Assembly: GCA_963727485.1 (NCBI GenBank)
Contig: CAVSGM010000002.1
Coordinates: forward strand, 1-64,000
Direction: 5' to 3'
DNA: 64,000 nt
Source of the DNA: an uncultured delta proteobacterium
GTDB lineage: Bacteria > Myxococcota > Myxococcia > SLRQ01
In this document: one piece after another, positions 40,301 through 49,686 of the stretch
Numbering within the stretch: the first letter of the stretch is position 1
How the letters are laid out: every line of letters begins with the position of its first letter
The notes under the pieces: model-generated
Database searches by the model: none
Told to the model about the DNA's origin: nothing
Seen by the model: only the letters and a program-made list of their open reading frames with translations
Translations under genes and position numbers: made by a program

Positions 40301-42715
40301 TTACTCCTGCTTCGCCTCGGGCTTCGGAGCCGGCTGGGTGGGAGGCGGCGGCGCCGGTTGGGCCCCGCTCTGCCCCTGGGGCTTGATGACCTTGACCCCG
40401 TCGCCCTTGCCGCCGTTCTCCGGCTTGTTCGCCTCCTGGGTCACCGTCCTCTCAACCTCCCCCAGGGGGCCGACCTTCCGGCTGAAGTCCATGGGGAGCT
40501 TGTAGTGCCCCTCGGTGCCGTAGAAGCGGTCGAGGAACTTCTGCCGCTCCTTGAGCTTCTCCTCGAAGATGCGCCGGAAGTCCGCCGGGGACTTGATGAT
40601 GTAGGGGGTGAGGAAGAGCAGGAGGTTGGTCTTCTGGATCTTCTTGGTGGTGTTGCGGAACAGCCACCCGATGACCGGGATGTCGCCGAGGATCGGGACC
40701 TTGTTCACCGTCTCCACGGTGCGGTTCTGGATCAGGCCGCCGATGACCACCGTCTCGCCGTCCTTGGCCACCACCGTGGTCTTGGCGCTGCGCTTGGAGG
40801 TGGTGGGCCCGAGCACCCGGTCGGTGGAGGCGATCTCCTCGGTCTGCTCCTGGATGTCGAGGCGCACGAAGTCGCTCTCGTTGATCTGCGGCTTGACCTT
40901 GAGCTTGAGCTCCACGTTCTGCCGCTGGATCGGCGCGTAGAACGACGACAGACCGCCAAGCGAGCCCAGCAGCGACCCGAGGCCGCCGGTGGTGGCGGTG
41001 GTGCCGGCGGTCCCGGTGGCGCTGCCCAGGAGGCTCGAGACGCCCTGGGGCGCGAAGCCCGCCTGGAAGGGCACGTTCTGGCCCACGGCGATCTCCGCCT
41101 CCTTGTTGTTGCTGGTGAGGATGTCCGGGGTGGAGAGGATGTTGACGTTGCTGTCGGTGCGCAGGGCCTGGAGCACCACCCCGAAGCTGGGAATGTTCAC
41201 CCCGAGGTTCTGGGTGCCCGGGACCGCCGGCCCCTGGATGCCGGTGAGCAGCCCGCCGAACTGGAGCAGCGACCCGATGGACAGGGAGTTGAGGCCCCCG
41301 AGCTCCGAGCCGATGACCACCGGGGTCACCTGGCCCGAGCCGCCGACCTTGGGCGCCGCCCCGGTGTGGAACGAGAGCCCGAACTGGTCGTTGGTGTCGA
41401 GGCCGACCTCCATGATCACCGCCTCGACGAAGACCTGCCGCTGGGGAATGTCGAGCTTGTCGATGACCTTGGAGAGGTTCTTGTAGTCGTTGTAGTTGGC
41501 GATGATCACCAGGGAGTTGGTGCCCTTGTCCGCGGTGATCTTCACGTCGCCCTGGAAGAGGGCGGCGGCGCCCTCGGGGGTGTTCTGGGTGCCCCGGGGC
41601 GTGTGGATCACCCGCCGCTGGGCCGTCCCCCCGCCCTGGGCGAGCTGGGAGAGGGTCTGGGCGAGGTCCTCGGCGTTGGCGTTGGCGAGGTAGTGGACGT
41701 GGACCTGCCCCTCGCCCTCGGTGGGGACGTCGAGCTGGGCGAGGAGGTCGGTGATCTGCTTGAACGACTTCTCGTCGGCGATGACCACCAGCTTGTTGGT
41801 CCGATCGTCGGCGATGACCTTGGACACGCTGGCGGTGACGTCGCCCTGCTGGTTGTTCGGCTGCCCGGGGCGGAAGGGTCGGCGGCGGAACCGGGCGTTG
41901 GGCTGCCGGCCATTGGTCGGCGCCTGGTCCTGGAAGATCTGCATGATCTTGTCGGCGAGGTCCTTGGCGTTGGCGTACTTCACCTGGAGGACGCGGATCT
42001 CGTCGGCCCCGGTGGGCATGTCGATCTGCTTGATGATCCTCTCCATCCGGTGGACGTTGAGCCCCACGTCGGTGATGATCAGCAGGTTCGGCGGTACCGT
42101 CTGGATGTTGCCGTCCCGGCTCTCGAGCTGCTTGAGGACGCCGCTGACCTGGTCGGCGTCCACGTGCTGCAGCCGGTAGAGCTTGGTGATCATCTGCTCG
42201 TTCCAGGGGTAGTAGCCGCCCTCCTCGACGTAGGTGGGGATGTTGGCCCGCTGGGCGTCCTTCTTGGGGACGATCTTGAGGAACTTGCCCACCGGGTAGA
42301 CGGCGAGGTTGTTGGCCTCGAGGGCCGCGAGGAAGGCCGCGTAGGCCTCCTTGGGGCTCACCGCCGTGGGGGAGATGATGGTCACCTTCCCCCGGATGTT
42401 GTCGGGGAGGATGAAGTTCTTCCCGGTGATGTCGCTGATGGTCTTGACCACCTGCGTGATGTCCACCCGGTCGAAGTCGAGCTTGATGGGGACGTGCTTC
42501 TTCTTGAAGGCGTTCCGGCGCTGGGTGGTCCGCTCCTTGGCCGACGCCGGGGCCGCCGGCTTCTTGGGCGAGGCCTGGGCCAGGGCGTGGGCCGACACCG
42601 GGTGGGGGCGGACCAGGCGGCCCCGGCCCCGGAGGTGGGGCACCTGGGCCAGCACCGGCGCCGGGAGGAGGAGCGCGGAGACGAGGAGGGCGAGCGAGCG
42701 CGTGAGCTTCTGCAT
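40301..42715 (-). CDS. gspD: T2SS secretin D
   Basis: N0-N3 domains, QVFVEAVIMEV and KVPILGDIPVIGWLF. Confidence 0.96.
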   Translation of the reverse strand: MQKLTRSLALLVSALLLPAPVLAQVPHLRGRGRLVRPHPVSAHALAQASPKKPAAPASAKERTTQRRNAFKKKHVPIKLDFDRVDITQVVKTISDITGKNFILPDNIRGKVTIISPTAVSPKEAYAAFLAALEANNLAVYPVGKFLKIVPKKDAQRANIPTYVEEGGYYPWNEQMITKLYRLQHVDADQVSGVLKQLESRDGNIQTVPPNLLIITDVGLNVHRMERIIKQIDMPTGADEIRVLQVKYANAKDLADKIMQIFQDQAPTNGRQPNARFRRRPFRPGQPNNQQGDVTASVSKVIADDRTNKLVVIADEKSFKQITDLLAQLDVPTEGEGQVHVHYLANANAEDLAQTLSQLAQGGGTAQRRVIHTPRGTQNTPEGAAALFQGDVKITADKGTNSLVIIANYNDYKNLSKVIDKLDIPQRQVFVEAVIMEVGLDTNDQFGLSFHTGAAPKVGGSGQVTPVVIGSELGGLNSLSIGSLLQFGGLLTGIQGPAVPGTQNLGVNIPSFGVVLQALRTDSNVNILSTPDILTSNNKEAEIAVGQNVPFQAGFAPQGVSSLLGSATGTAGTTATTGGLGSLLGSLGGLSSFYAPIQRQNVELKLKVKPQINESDFVRLDIQEQTEEIASTDRVLGPTTSKRSAKTTVVAKDGETVVIGGLIQNRTVETVNKVPILGDIPVIGWLFRNTTKKIQKTNLLLFLTPYIIKSPADFRRIFEEKLKERQKFLDRFYGTEGHYKLPMDFSRKVGPLGEVERTVTQEANKPENGGKGDGVKVIKPQGQSGAQPAPPPPTQPAPKPEAKQE

Positions 42716-42742
42716 CGGTGTCGACCGTGGGAGCGGGAGGAA

Positions 42743-43678
42743 CTACTCGATGTTGTACGTCTTCGTGACCGTCTGGCCGCGCCGGTCGAGCTGGATCTCG
42801 ACCCGGCGGGCGTCACGGAGCTTCTGGTAGACCTCGAGGGCCTTGTCCGGGCTGTTGATCTCGAACCCGTTGATGCGCTGGATGACGTCGCCGTTCTGGA
42901 TGCCGATCTTGGCGTAGAGGGATCCGGGCCGGATGCTGAAGAGCTTGAAGCCCTCGGCGACGCCGTTCTTGAAGGCCGGCACGATCCGGGCCTGGGTGGC
43001 GATGTCGTTGAGGTTGGAGAGGGTGTGCTCGATGGTGCTCTGGGCCACCACGTAGTGGTTGGCGTCGGTCTGGCGGATCCCGCCGCCGCCGTCGTTCGAG
43101 GGGTTCTGCCGCTCGAAGGCGTTGACCTGGTGGATCCGCGGCTGGTTGCCGGCCACCGGGGACTTGCCCTCCTCGTCGGCGTCCATCGAGAGGACCTCGG
43201 TGCGCCCGTTGTTGTTCACCAGCACCCGCCGGCGCTCGACCTTCACCAGGGTGGCCGTGGACATCAGGGTGTCGCCGACGCCGTAGACCCCGGTGTCCCG
43301 GGTGGAGTTGTCGGTGATCACCGCCAGCGAGTACTCGTCGGGGCTCGCCTCGATGGTGGCCACCAGGGTGGCGTTGAGGGTGGTGGGGACCTCGGTGCCC
43401 GGGGGCGGGAGCGCCGCCTGGGCCGCCGCCTGCTTCTTGGCCGCGTCGGCGTCGGGGAGGGTGACCCCGAAGAGGTCGGCGAGGGCCTTGGCGTCGACGG
43501 TGGACGCGGCCACCGGGGTGGTCACGTGGTGCCGGGCCCCGGCCGCGGGGGTGGTGGACGGGGGCTCGACCAGCCTTCCCGCCACCAGGGCGCTCACGGT
43601 CCGGGCGACGAGGACACCGGCGATGGCCACGACGGCCACGTTCAGGGTCCACAGGTATCTCTTGAAGAAGCGCTCCAT
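42743..43678 (-). CDS. gspC: T2SS protein C with PDZ domain
   Basis: TM, HR domain and GFKLFSIRPGS..GDVIQRING. Confidence 0.93.
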   Translation of the reverse strand: MERFFKRYLWTLNVAVVAIAGVLVARTVSALVAGRLVEPPSTTPAAGARHHVTTPVAASTVDAKALADLFGVTLPDADAAKKQAAAQAALPPPGTEVPTTLNATLVATIEASPDEYSLAVITDNSTRDTGVYGVGDTLMSTATLVKVERRRVLVNNNGRTEVLSMDADEEGKSPVAGNQPRIHQVNAFERQNPSNDGGGGIRQTDANHYVVAQSTIEHTLSNLNDIATQARIVPAFKNGVAEGFKLFSIRPGSLYAKIGIQNGDVIQRINGFEINSPDKALEVYQKLRDARRVEIQLDRRGQTVTKTYNIE

Positions 43679-43694
43679 CGCAGAGCCTCACTAC

Positions 43695-43709
43695 GCAAGG
43701 GCCATGCCA
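43695..43709 (-). promoter_or_regulatory. Sigma54 -24/-12 promoter of the gsp operon
   Basis: TGGCATGGCCCTTGC on the minus strand (GG-N10-GC). Confidence 0.7.
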
Positions 43710-43843
43710 CCCCTGGGAGGGCCCCAACCCGCCGGAATCGCGTGGGCAGGTCGGGGTGTGGGGGGCCCGGGGGTGTGGGCCGCGGGACAATCTGTCAGTG
43801 GACCTCGAACCGCCGGCGGGCCGCTGACATTCTGTCCAGGGGG

Positions 43844-44167
43844 TCAGGGCCCGGCGTCGGCGGGCTTCGGCGCATCGGGCGCCGGGGTCGCCGGGGGCGG
43901 TGCCAGGCGGACGTTCACGGTCCCCGGGCGGTGCCGGGGGACCGTCCGGGTCGCCGCCGGCCGGGGTGGGGCCGGGGGCGGGTCCTTGTGGGGGATGAAC
44001 AGGTCGATGATCAGGGTGACCACCGCGGCGATGCCGACCATGAGGAGGAACGCCCTCAGGGAGAACTTCTGGTCGCCTGGGCGCCCATGGCGGATGCCAT
44101 GGAACATCTCCCCATTCGCCGGGTCACCGGGGTCGTACGGCCTGCGCTCCTCGCCGGGGCTCTGCAT
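43844..44167 (-). CDS. Hypothetical single-TM Pro-rich protein
   Basis: ORF with one TM and a Pro-rich tail. Confidence 0.6.
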   Translation of the reverse strand: MQSPGEERRPYDPGDPANGEMFHGIRHGRPGDQKFSLRAFLLMVGIAAVVTLIIDLFIPHKDPPPAPPRPAATRTVPRHRPGTVNVRLAPPPATPAPDAPKPADAGP

Positions 44168-44241
44168 GGGCGCACCCTAATCCAGTCCCGGGCCGTCGAC
44201 CAGCCGTCGGCGCCGGCGTGGGCGGTCCCCCGGTCAGGCGC

Positions 44242-45078
44242 CTACGCGTCGTCCGGGAGCAGGGCGTCGAAGGCCTCGGTCCCCCGGAGGGCCTCGAAGG
44301 CCGGGTCGCCGGCGAGCCAGGCGAGGACGTGGTCCCGGTCGGCGGAGATTGCCTTGCCCAGGAACTCGAGGGCGGTGTCGGCCCGGTCCCAGAGGGCGTA
44401 GAGCGACGCCAGGCTGTAGAGCACGTGGACGTCGCCCTCGTGGAGGGTGCCGGCCTCGGAGAGGGCCCGCTCGGCCTCGGCGTAGAAGCCCTTGCGCATG
44501 TAGGCGACGCCCAGGTCGATCCAGGCGTCGGCGTTGTCGGCCTCGAGGCGGACCACCTCGCGGAGCTGGCCGATGGCCCCCCGGACGTCGCCCTCGTCCA
44601 TGAGGAGCACCGCCAGCTCGTGGCGGGGGTAGGCGTCGTCCGGGTCCATGGCGATGGCCCCCTCGAGGGCGGCGATGGCGTCCTCGAGGCGCCCCATGTC
44701 GGCGTAGACCAGGCCCAGGGAGAGCTGGGCGTCGGGGAGCTCGGGGTCGAGGGCGAGGGTCTCCCGGAGCTCGGCCTCGGCCATCTCCAGGCCCCGGGCG
44801 GTGAGGAACGCCGCCAGGTTGTAGTGGGCGGCGGCGACGTCGGGCTCGAGCTCGATGCTCTTGAGGTAGGCGGTGAGGGCCTCGCGGAACTCACCCTTCT
44901 CGGCGAGGACGCTCGCCAGGTTGTCCCAGGCGTGGCCGCTCCCGGCGTCGAGGGCGATGGCCTTGCGGAAGTACCGCGCCGCCTCGTCGAGCCAGCCGCG
45001 GTCGGCGAACTCGATGCCCTTGGCGTTCATCTCGTCGGAGAGGGACAGGTTGTCCGTCTTGTCCCGATTGTTGCTCAT
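44242..45078 (-). CDS. Tetratricopeptide repeat protein
   Basis: About seven 34-aa TPR patterns (AWDNLA, AHYNLA, AWIDLG). Confidence 0.9.
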   Translation of the reverse strand: MSNNRDKTDNLSLSDEMNAKGIEFADRGWLDEAARYFRKAIALDAGSGHAWDNLASVLAEKGEFREALTAYLKSIELEPDVAAAHYNLAAFLTARGLEMAEAELRETLALDPELPDAQLSLGLVYADMGRLEDAIAALEGAIAMDPDDAYPRHELAVLLMDEGDVRGAIGQLREVVRLEADNADAWIDLGVAYMRKGFYAEAERALSEAGTLHEGDVHVLYSLASLYALWDRADTALEFLGKAISADRDHVLAWLAGDPAFEALRGTEAFDALLPDDA

Positions 45079-45106
45079 GGTCGGCGCGATCCTAGCACGG
45101 GGGACC

Positions 45107-45838
45107 CTAGGCCGTCGGCGGCTCCCCGGTGCCGGTCTCCTGCCTCCTTCGGGCCTCGGCGATGGCCGCGAAGCCGTGGCGCACGTCCCGACCCTCGGTG
45201 GCGAAGATCACCATCTCCGAGATGTTGGTGGCGTGGTCGGCGATGCGCTCCAGGTACTTGGAGATGGAGATGAGCCCCTGGTCCCGGCTGATGGTCCCGG
45301 GCTCGGCCTGCATCTTGGCCATGAGCTTGTCGATGAGGTCGCGGTTGATCCCGTCGACCTCGTCGTCGCAGTCGAGGACGTTGCGCGCCTTGGCGGTGTC
45401 GCTCTCCACGAAGGCGTCGAGGCTGTCGTCGACCATGATCCGCACCTTCTCGGCGAGGATGGTCAGGCCGCTGGGATCGACGGCGTGGGGCTGCTGCCCC
45501 AGGTCGCGCACCCGCTTGGCGATGTTCGACGCCAGGTCGCCCATGCGCTCGAGGTCGGTGTCGATCTTCAGGGCCATGGTGAGGAAGCGCAGGTCCGAGG
45601 CGGCGGGCTGGCGCAGGGCCAGGATGTGGACGCAGAGCTCGTCGATCTCCATCTCCAGGGCGTCGACGTCGGCGTCCCGGCGGATGGTCTCGGTGGCGAG
45701 CTTGTCGTCGCGGCGGACCAGGGCGTCCACCGCCGACGCGATCATCTCCTCGACGACCGCGCCCATCTGGAGGAGCTTCTCGCGGAGCCCGTGGAGCTCG
45801 GACTCGTACTGCTTGCTGGTGTGGGGACGGATTGCCAT
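45107..45838 (-). CDS. phoU: Phosphate signalling protein PhoU
   Basis: RQPAASDLR, DLERMGD and LERIADHATNISE. Confidence 0.96.
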   Translation of the reverse strand: MAIRPHTSKQYESELHGLREKLLQMGAVVEEMIASAVDALVRRDDKLATETIRRDADVDALEMEIDELCVHILALRQPAASDLRFLTMALKIDTDLERMGDLASNIAKRVRDLGQQPHAVDPSGLTILAEKVRIMVDDSLDAFVESDTAKARNVLDCDDEVDGINRDLIDKLMAKMQAEPGTISRDQGLISISKYLERIADHATNISEMVIFATEGRDVRHGFAAIAEARRRQETGTGEPPTA

Positions 45839-45915
45839 GGGCTCATCCTAGCCGAACTGATCGGTATCAGGTTAGCGCCGCGTCGGGGCCCGCGCCCGCC
45901 CCCACACCCGCGCGC

Positions 45916-47208
45916 CTAGAAGGCCACCTCGAAGGTCGCCTGGACCCGGTCCTCGGCGGGGGCGGTGACCGAGTGCTGGAGGTGGTCGTAGTCGAGGAGG
46001 ACCTGGTTGCCGCCGTGGAGCGTCCAACCCACGCCGACGATGTACCGGTCCTGGACGTCGGCGGTGGCGTCGGCGGCGTTGGTGTCGAAGTGGTCCCAGC
46101 GGGCGATGAGCGAGAGCTTCGCCGAGGGCAGGAGCTTGGCGGCGCCGAAGACCGACCAGCCGGTCTGGGTCAGGGCGTTGCCGCTGGCGTCGACGGCCTT
46201 GCCGTTCAGCTTCCCGGCGCCGGTGTAGTACTCGGCCATCACCGTGGCGTGCTTGTGCTGGTAGGAGAGCATCAGGTCCACGCCGTCGTAGTCGGGGAGG
46301 GTGCCGCCGACGGTGGCCGGGGCCACGTTGCCCTTGCCGTACCAGCCGAAGACGGTGGCCTGGAGGCCGGGGACGACGTCGGGGAGGGGGCGGACGGTGA
46401 CCCGGCCCATGAGGACCTTGTCCTGGTTGTGCTCGGGGTCGTGGTAGCCGGCGCCGTTGTACACGCCGATCTGCCAGGAGCCGTAGCGGCCCGCGTAGTG
46501 CTTGTTGACGTTCTTCTTGTACTCGCCGGACATGCTGCCGCCGAAGTCCGACCCGAAGGTCAGCCCGATGTCGGCGCTGGTCACCACGTGGTTCTTGTCG
46601 AGGAACATCTCGTCCTGGAGGCGGTAGCCGTTCATGGCCTCCTCGAAGTCGAGCCAGGGGGTGTGGACCTGGCCCACCTCCACGCCGATGCCGGAGAGGG
46701 CGGCGCCGCCCTTGAAGTGGAGCTTTCCGTAGAGGTACTTCTGCCGGACCATGAAGCTCCCGCCGGCGTCGCGGGTGAGGTCGACGGTGTACCGGGCCTC
46801 GAGCCAGGGGAGCACGGCGTCGTGGAGGTCGAAGTAGCCGCGCTTGAGGGTGAACCGGCTGTAGCGCTCGCTCATGCCGGCCACGGTGTGGGTGCCGTTC
46901 TGGTACGAGAGGTAGAAGGTGCCGTGGATGGAGATGCCGTGGAGGGCCTTGGCGACGGCGGCCATCATGGCGTGGTCGGCGTGGTGGCCGGCCATGGCGC
47001 AGCCGTGGTGGGGGCAGCTCTTCCCGGCCTTGGGCGCCGGCGCGGCGGGCGCGGCCTTGGGCGCGGGGGCGGCCTTCGCCTCGGGCTTGGCCTCGGGCTT
47101 GGCGGCGGCCGGGGCGGTCTGAGCCCAGGCGGCGGGGACGAGGAGGAGGGACGCCGTCAGGGCGGCGGCGCGGAGGGCGGGGACCGCGGGAACGGACGAG
47201 CGGGACAT
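45916..47208 (-). CDS. Outer-membrane beta-barrel porin, probably phosphate-regulated
   Basis: Signal peptide, amphipathic beta strands and C-terminal ..FEVAF; directly upstream of phoU. Confidence 0.8.
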   Translation of the reverse strand: MSRSSVPAVPALRAAALTASLLLVPAAWAQTAPAAAKPEAKPEAKAAPAPKAAPAAPAPKAGKSCPHHGCAMAGHHADHAMMAAVAKALHGISIHGTFYLSYQNGTHTVAGMSERYSRFTLKRGYFDLHDAVLPWLEARYTVDLTRDAGGSFMVRQKYLYGKLHFKGGAALSGIGVEVGQVHTPWLDFEEAMNGYRLQDEMFLDKNHVVTSADIGLTFGSDFGGSMSGEYKKNVNKHYAGRYGSWQIGVYNGAGYHDPEHNQDKVLMGRVTVRPLPDVVPGLQATVFGWYGKGNVAPATVGGTLPDYDGVDLMLSYQHKHATVMAEYYTGAGKLNGKAVDASGNALTQTGWSVFGAAKLLPSAKLSLIARWDHFDTNAADATADVQDRYIVGVGWTLHGGNQVLLDYDHLQHSVTAPAEDRVQATFEVAF

Positions 47209-47290
47209 GTTGCGTCTCCTTGGAGGGGAAGGGCGGCGTCACCGCACCGGCGGCGGCCGTCTTCAGGCACGGGGACGGTGCCTTTCGCCT

Positions 47291-47319
47291 GTGACAGCCC
47301 CATGACGCGGCGTTGACGT
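47291..47319 (-). promoter_or_regulatory. Pho box (three 11-bp units) upstream of porin-phoU
   Basis: Minus strand GTCAAcgccgc GTCATggggct GTCAC. Confidence 0.7.
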
Positions 47320-47353
47320 TGTTGGGCCGCGCGACCGGGCGGCCGGGGCGGCG

Positions 47354-48151
47354 CTACCGGCCCGCGGGGACCTGGAACACGGCGCCGTCGTCGAGGCGGC
47401 AGGCGGTCAGGGACCCGCCCCACACGCACCCGGTGTCGAGGGCGAGGATCCCGTCGCCCCGGTGGAGGCCCAGGGCGGCCCAGTGGCCGCAGACCACGGT
47501 GGCCCCGCGGGTCCGGCGCCCGGGGACCCGGAACCAGGGCACCCGCCCGGGGGGCAGGCGATCCAGCGGCCCGCTGAAGTCCAGGTCCAGGGCGCCGTCG
47601 GGGGCGAGGGTGCGCATCCGGGTGAGGACGTTCACCACCGTCCGGGCGCGCTCGGCGCCCTCGAGCGCCGGGGACCAGAGGTCGCCCCCAGGGCCCCCGG
47701 CGAGCACCGCCCCGGCGTCGGGCCCCCTAATCCAGCGCTCCGCCTCCCGGGCCAGGGCCTCGGCGTCGTCGAGGGACCAGTCCGGGTGGAGCCCCGCGTG
47801 GATCAGCACCCGGTCGCCCTCCCGGTGGAGGAGCGGCCGGCGGAGGAGCCAGCCGATCATCGCCTCGCGATCCCGGGCGTCGAGGAGGGGGTCGAGGGTG
47901 TCCCGGCGCCCGCGGCGGCGCACCCCCAGGGCCCGGCCCAGGAGGTGCAGGTCATGGTTGCCGAGCACCGCGTCCACCCGGCCGCCGAGGCCCATGAGCC
48001 GCCGGAGCACCGCCGCCGACGCCGGGCCGCGGTTCACCAGGTCGCCGGCCACCCACAGGCGGTCCTGCGCCGGGTCGAAGGCGATCTCGTCGAGGAGCCG
48101 TTCCAGGGCGTCGGCGCAGCCCTGGATGTCGCCGATTGCATAGAGGGCCAT
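47354..48151 (-). CDS. apaH: Symmetrical diadenosine tetraphosphatase
   Basis: GDIQGC, GDLVNRGP, LGNHDLHL, HAG, TRMR, GHWAALG and LDTGCVWGG. Confidence 0.95.
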   Translation of the reverse strand: MALYAIGDIQGCADALERLLDEIAFDPAQDRLWVAGDLVNRGPASAAVLRRLMGLGGRVDAVLGNHDLHLLGRALGVRRRGRRDTLDPLLDARDREAMIGWLLRRPLLHREGDRVLIHAGLHPDWSLDDAEALAREAERWIRGPDAGAVLAGGPGGDLWSPALEGAERARTVVNVLTRMRTLAPDGALDLDFSGPLDRLPPGRVPWFRVPGRRTRGATVVCGHWAALGLHRGDGILALDTGCVWGGSLTACRLDDGAVFQVPAGR

Positions 48152-48179
48152 GGGAGGCTACACGGAGGTCCGAAACGCG

Positions 48180-49676
48180 ATGTCCACCCCGGTCCCAGAC
48201 ACGGTGGCGGCGATCGATCTCGGATCGAACAGCTTCCACATGATCATCGCCCGTCCGGTGGGGGGTCAGCTCCAGATCGTGGACCGCATCCGCGACCGGG
48301 TCCAGCTCGCCGCCGGCCTCGACGACGACGGCCGCCTCGACGACGAGGTCGCCGAGCGGGCCCTGGCGTCCCTCTCGCGCTTCGGCCAGCGGGCGCGCGG
48401 GCTGCCCCCGGACCACGTCCGGGCGGTGGGCACCAACACCCTGCGCAAGGCCCGCAACGCCAAGGGCTTCCTCGCCCAGGCGCGCCGGGCCCTCGGCCAG
48501 CGCATCGAGATCATCTCCGGTCGCGAGGAGGCGCGCCTCATCTACCTCGGCGTCGCCCACACCCTGGCCGACGACGCGGGCCGGCGCCTGGTGGTCGACA
48601 TCGGCGGGGGCTCCACCGAGCTCATCATCGGCGAGCGCTTCGAGACGGTGGCCACCGACAGCCTCTACATGGGCTGCGTCGGCTACAGCCGCGCCTACTT
48701 CGACGGGCCCATCACCCGCGAGGCGATGCGCGCCGCCCGGATCGCCGCGCGCCTGGAGCTCCAGGGCATCGAGCGCCGCTACCTCGCCACCGGCTGGCAC
48801 GAGGCGGTCGGCGCCTCGGGGACCATCAACGCGGTGGCCTCGGTGCTGCGCGCCAACGGCTGGAGCGACGGCCCCATCACCGCCCAGGGCCTCAAGAAGC
48901 TGCGCAAGAACCTGGTGGCCCGGGGCCACGTCGACGCCCTCGGCGACCTCCCGGGGCTCGCCACCGAGCGGGCCAACGTCATCGCCGGGGGCGTGGCCAT
49001 CCTCTCGGCGGTGTTCCAGACCCTGGGCGTCGAGACGATGATCCTCTCGCCCGGGGCCCTGCGCGAGGGCCTGGTCTTCGACGTCCTCGGCCGCATCCGC
49101 CACGAGGACGTCCGCGACCTCACCATCCAGCGCCTCGCCGGCCGCTACGGCGCCGACCCCGAGCAGGCCCAGCGGGTGCGCCACACGGCCTTCGCCCTCC
49201 TCGACCAGGTGGCGACGCCCTGGGACCTCGACCGGGACGGCGGCCGCCAGCTCCTCGACTGGGCCGCGCGCCTCCACGAGATCGGCCTGGCGGTGGCCTA
49301 CAGCGGCCACCACAAGCACGGCGCCTACCTCGTGGCCAACTCGGAGATGCCCGGCTTCTCCCAGGAGGACCAGGAGCAGCTCGCGGTGCTCCTCCGCGCC
49401 CACCGGCGCAAGGTGGAGCCGATGATCTTCGTGGGCCTGCCCGCGGCGCAGGTCGACGCCGTGACCCGCCTGGCGGTGGTCCTGCGCCTGGCGGTGCTCC
49501 TCAACCGGGCCCGGGGCCCGAAGGCCGCCGAGGCGCCGGAGGTGACGGTGGACGGCCGCTCGCTGCGCCTGGCGTTCGCCCCCGGCTGGCTCGGCGCCCA
49601 TCCCCTCACCCGCGAGGATTCGTCGCGGGAGGCCAGGTGGCTCGGGGCCCTGGACCTCCAGCTCGACCTCGACTGA
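48180..49676 (+). CDS. ppx: Exopolyphosphatase (Ppx/GppA family)
   Basis: AIDLGSNSFH, SGREEARL, DIGGGSTE, ALREG and LHEIG. Confidence 0.95.
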   Translation: MSTPVPDTVAAIDLGSNSFHMIIARPVGGQLQIVDRIRDRVQLAAGLDDDGRLDDEVAERALASLSRFGQRARGLPPDHVRAVGTNTLRKARNAKGFLAQARRALGQRIEIISGREEARLIYLGVAHTLADDAGRRLVVDIGGGSTELIIGERFETVATDSLYMGCVGYSRAYFDGPITREAMRAARIAARLELQGIERRYLATGWHEAVGASGTINAVASVLRANGWSDGPITAQGLKKLRKNLVARGHVDALGDLPGLATERANVIAGGVAILSAVFQTLGVETMILSPGALREGLVFDVLGRIRHEDVRDLTIQRLAGRYGADPEQAQRVRHTAFALLDQVATPWDLDRDGGRQLLDWAARLHEIGLAVAYSGHHKHGAYLVANSEMPGFSQEDQEQLAVLLRAHRRKVEPMIFVGLPAAQVDAVTRLAVVLRLAVLLNRARGPKAAEAPEVTVDGRSLRLAFAPGWLGAHPLTREDSSREARWLGALDLQLDLD

Positions 49677-49686
49677 CCCCGGGCCG

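Noticed and set aside
39821..44401. Very long opposite-strand ORFs (1526 aa here; also 17630-21049, 58813-61599, 49948-52005)
   Set aside because: Antisense shadows of GC3-rich genes with no recognisable motifs.
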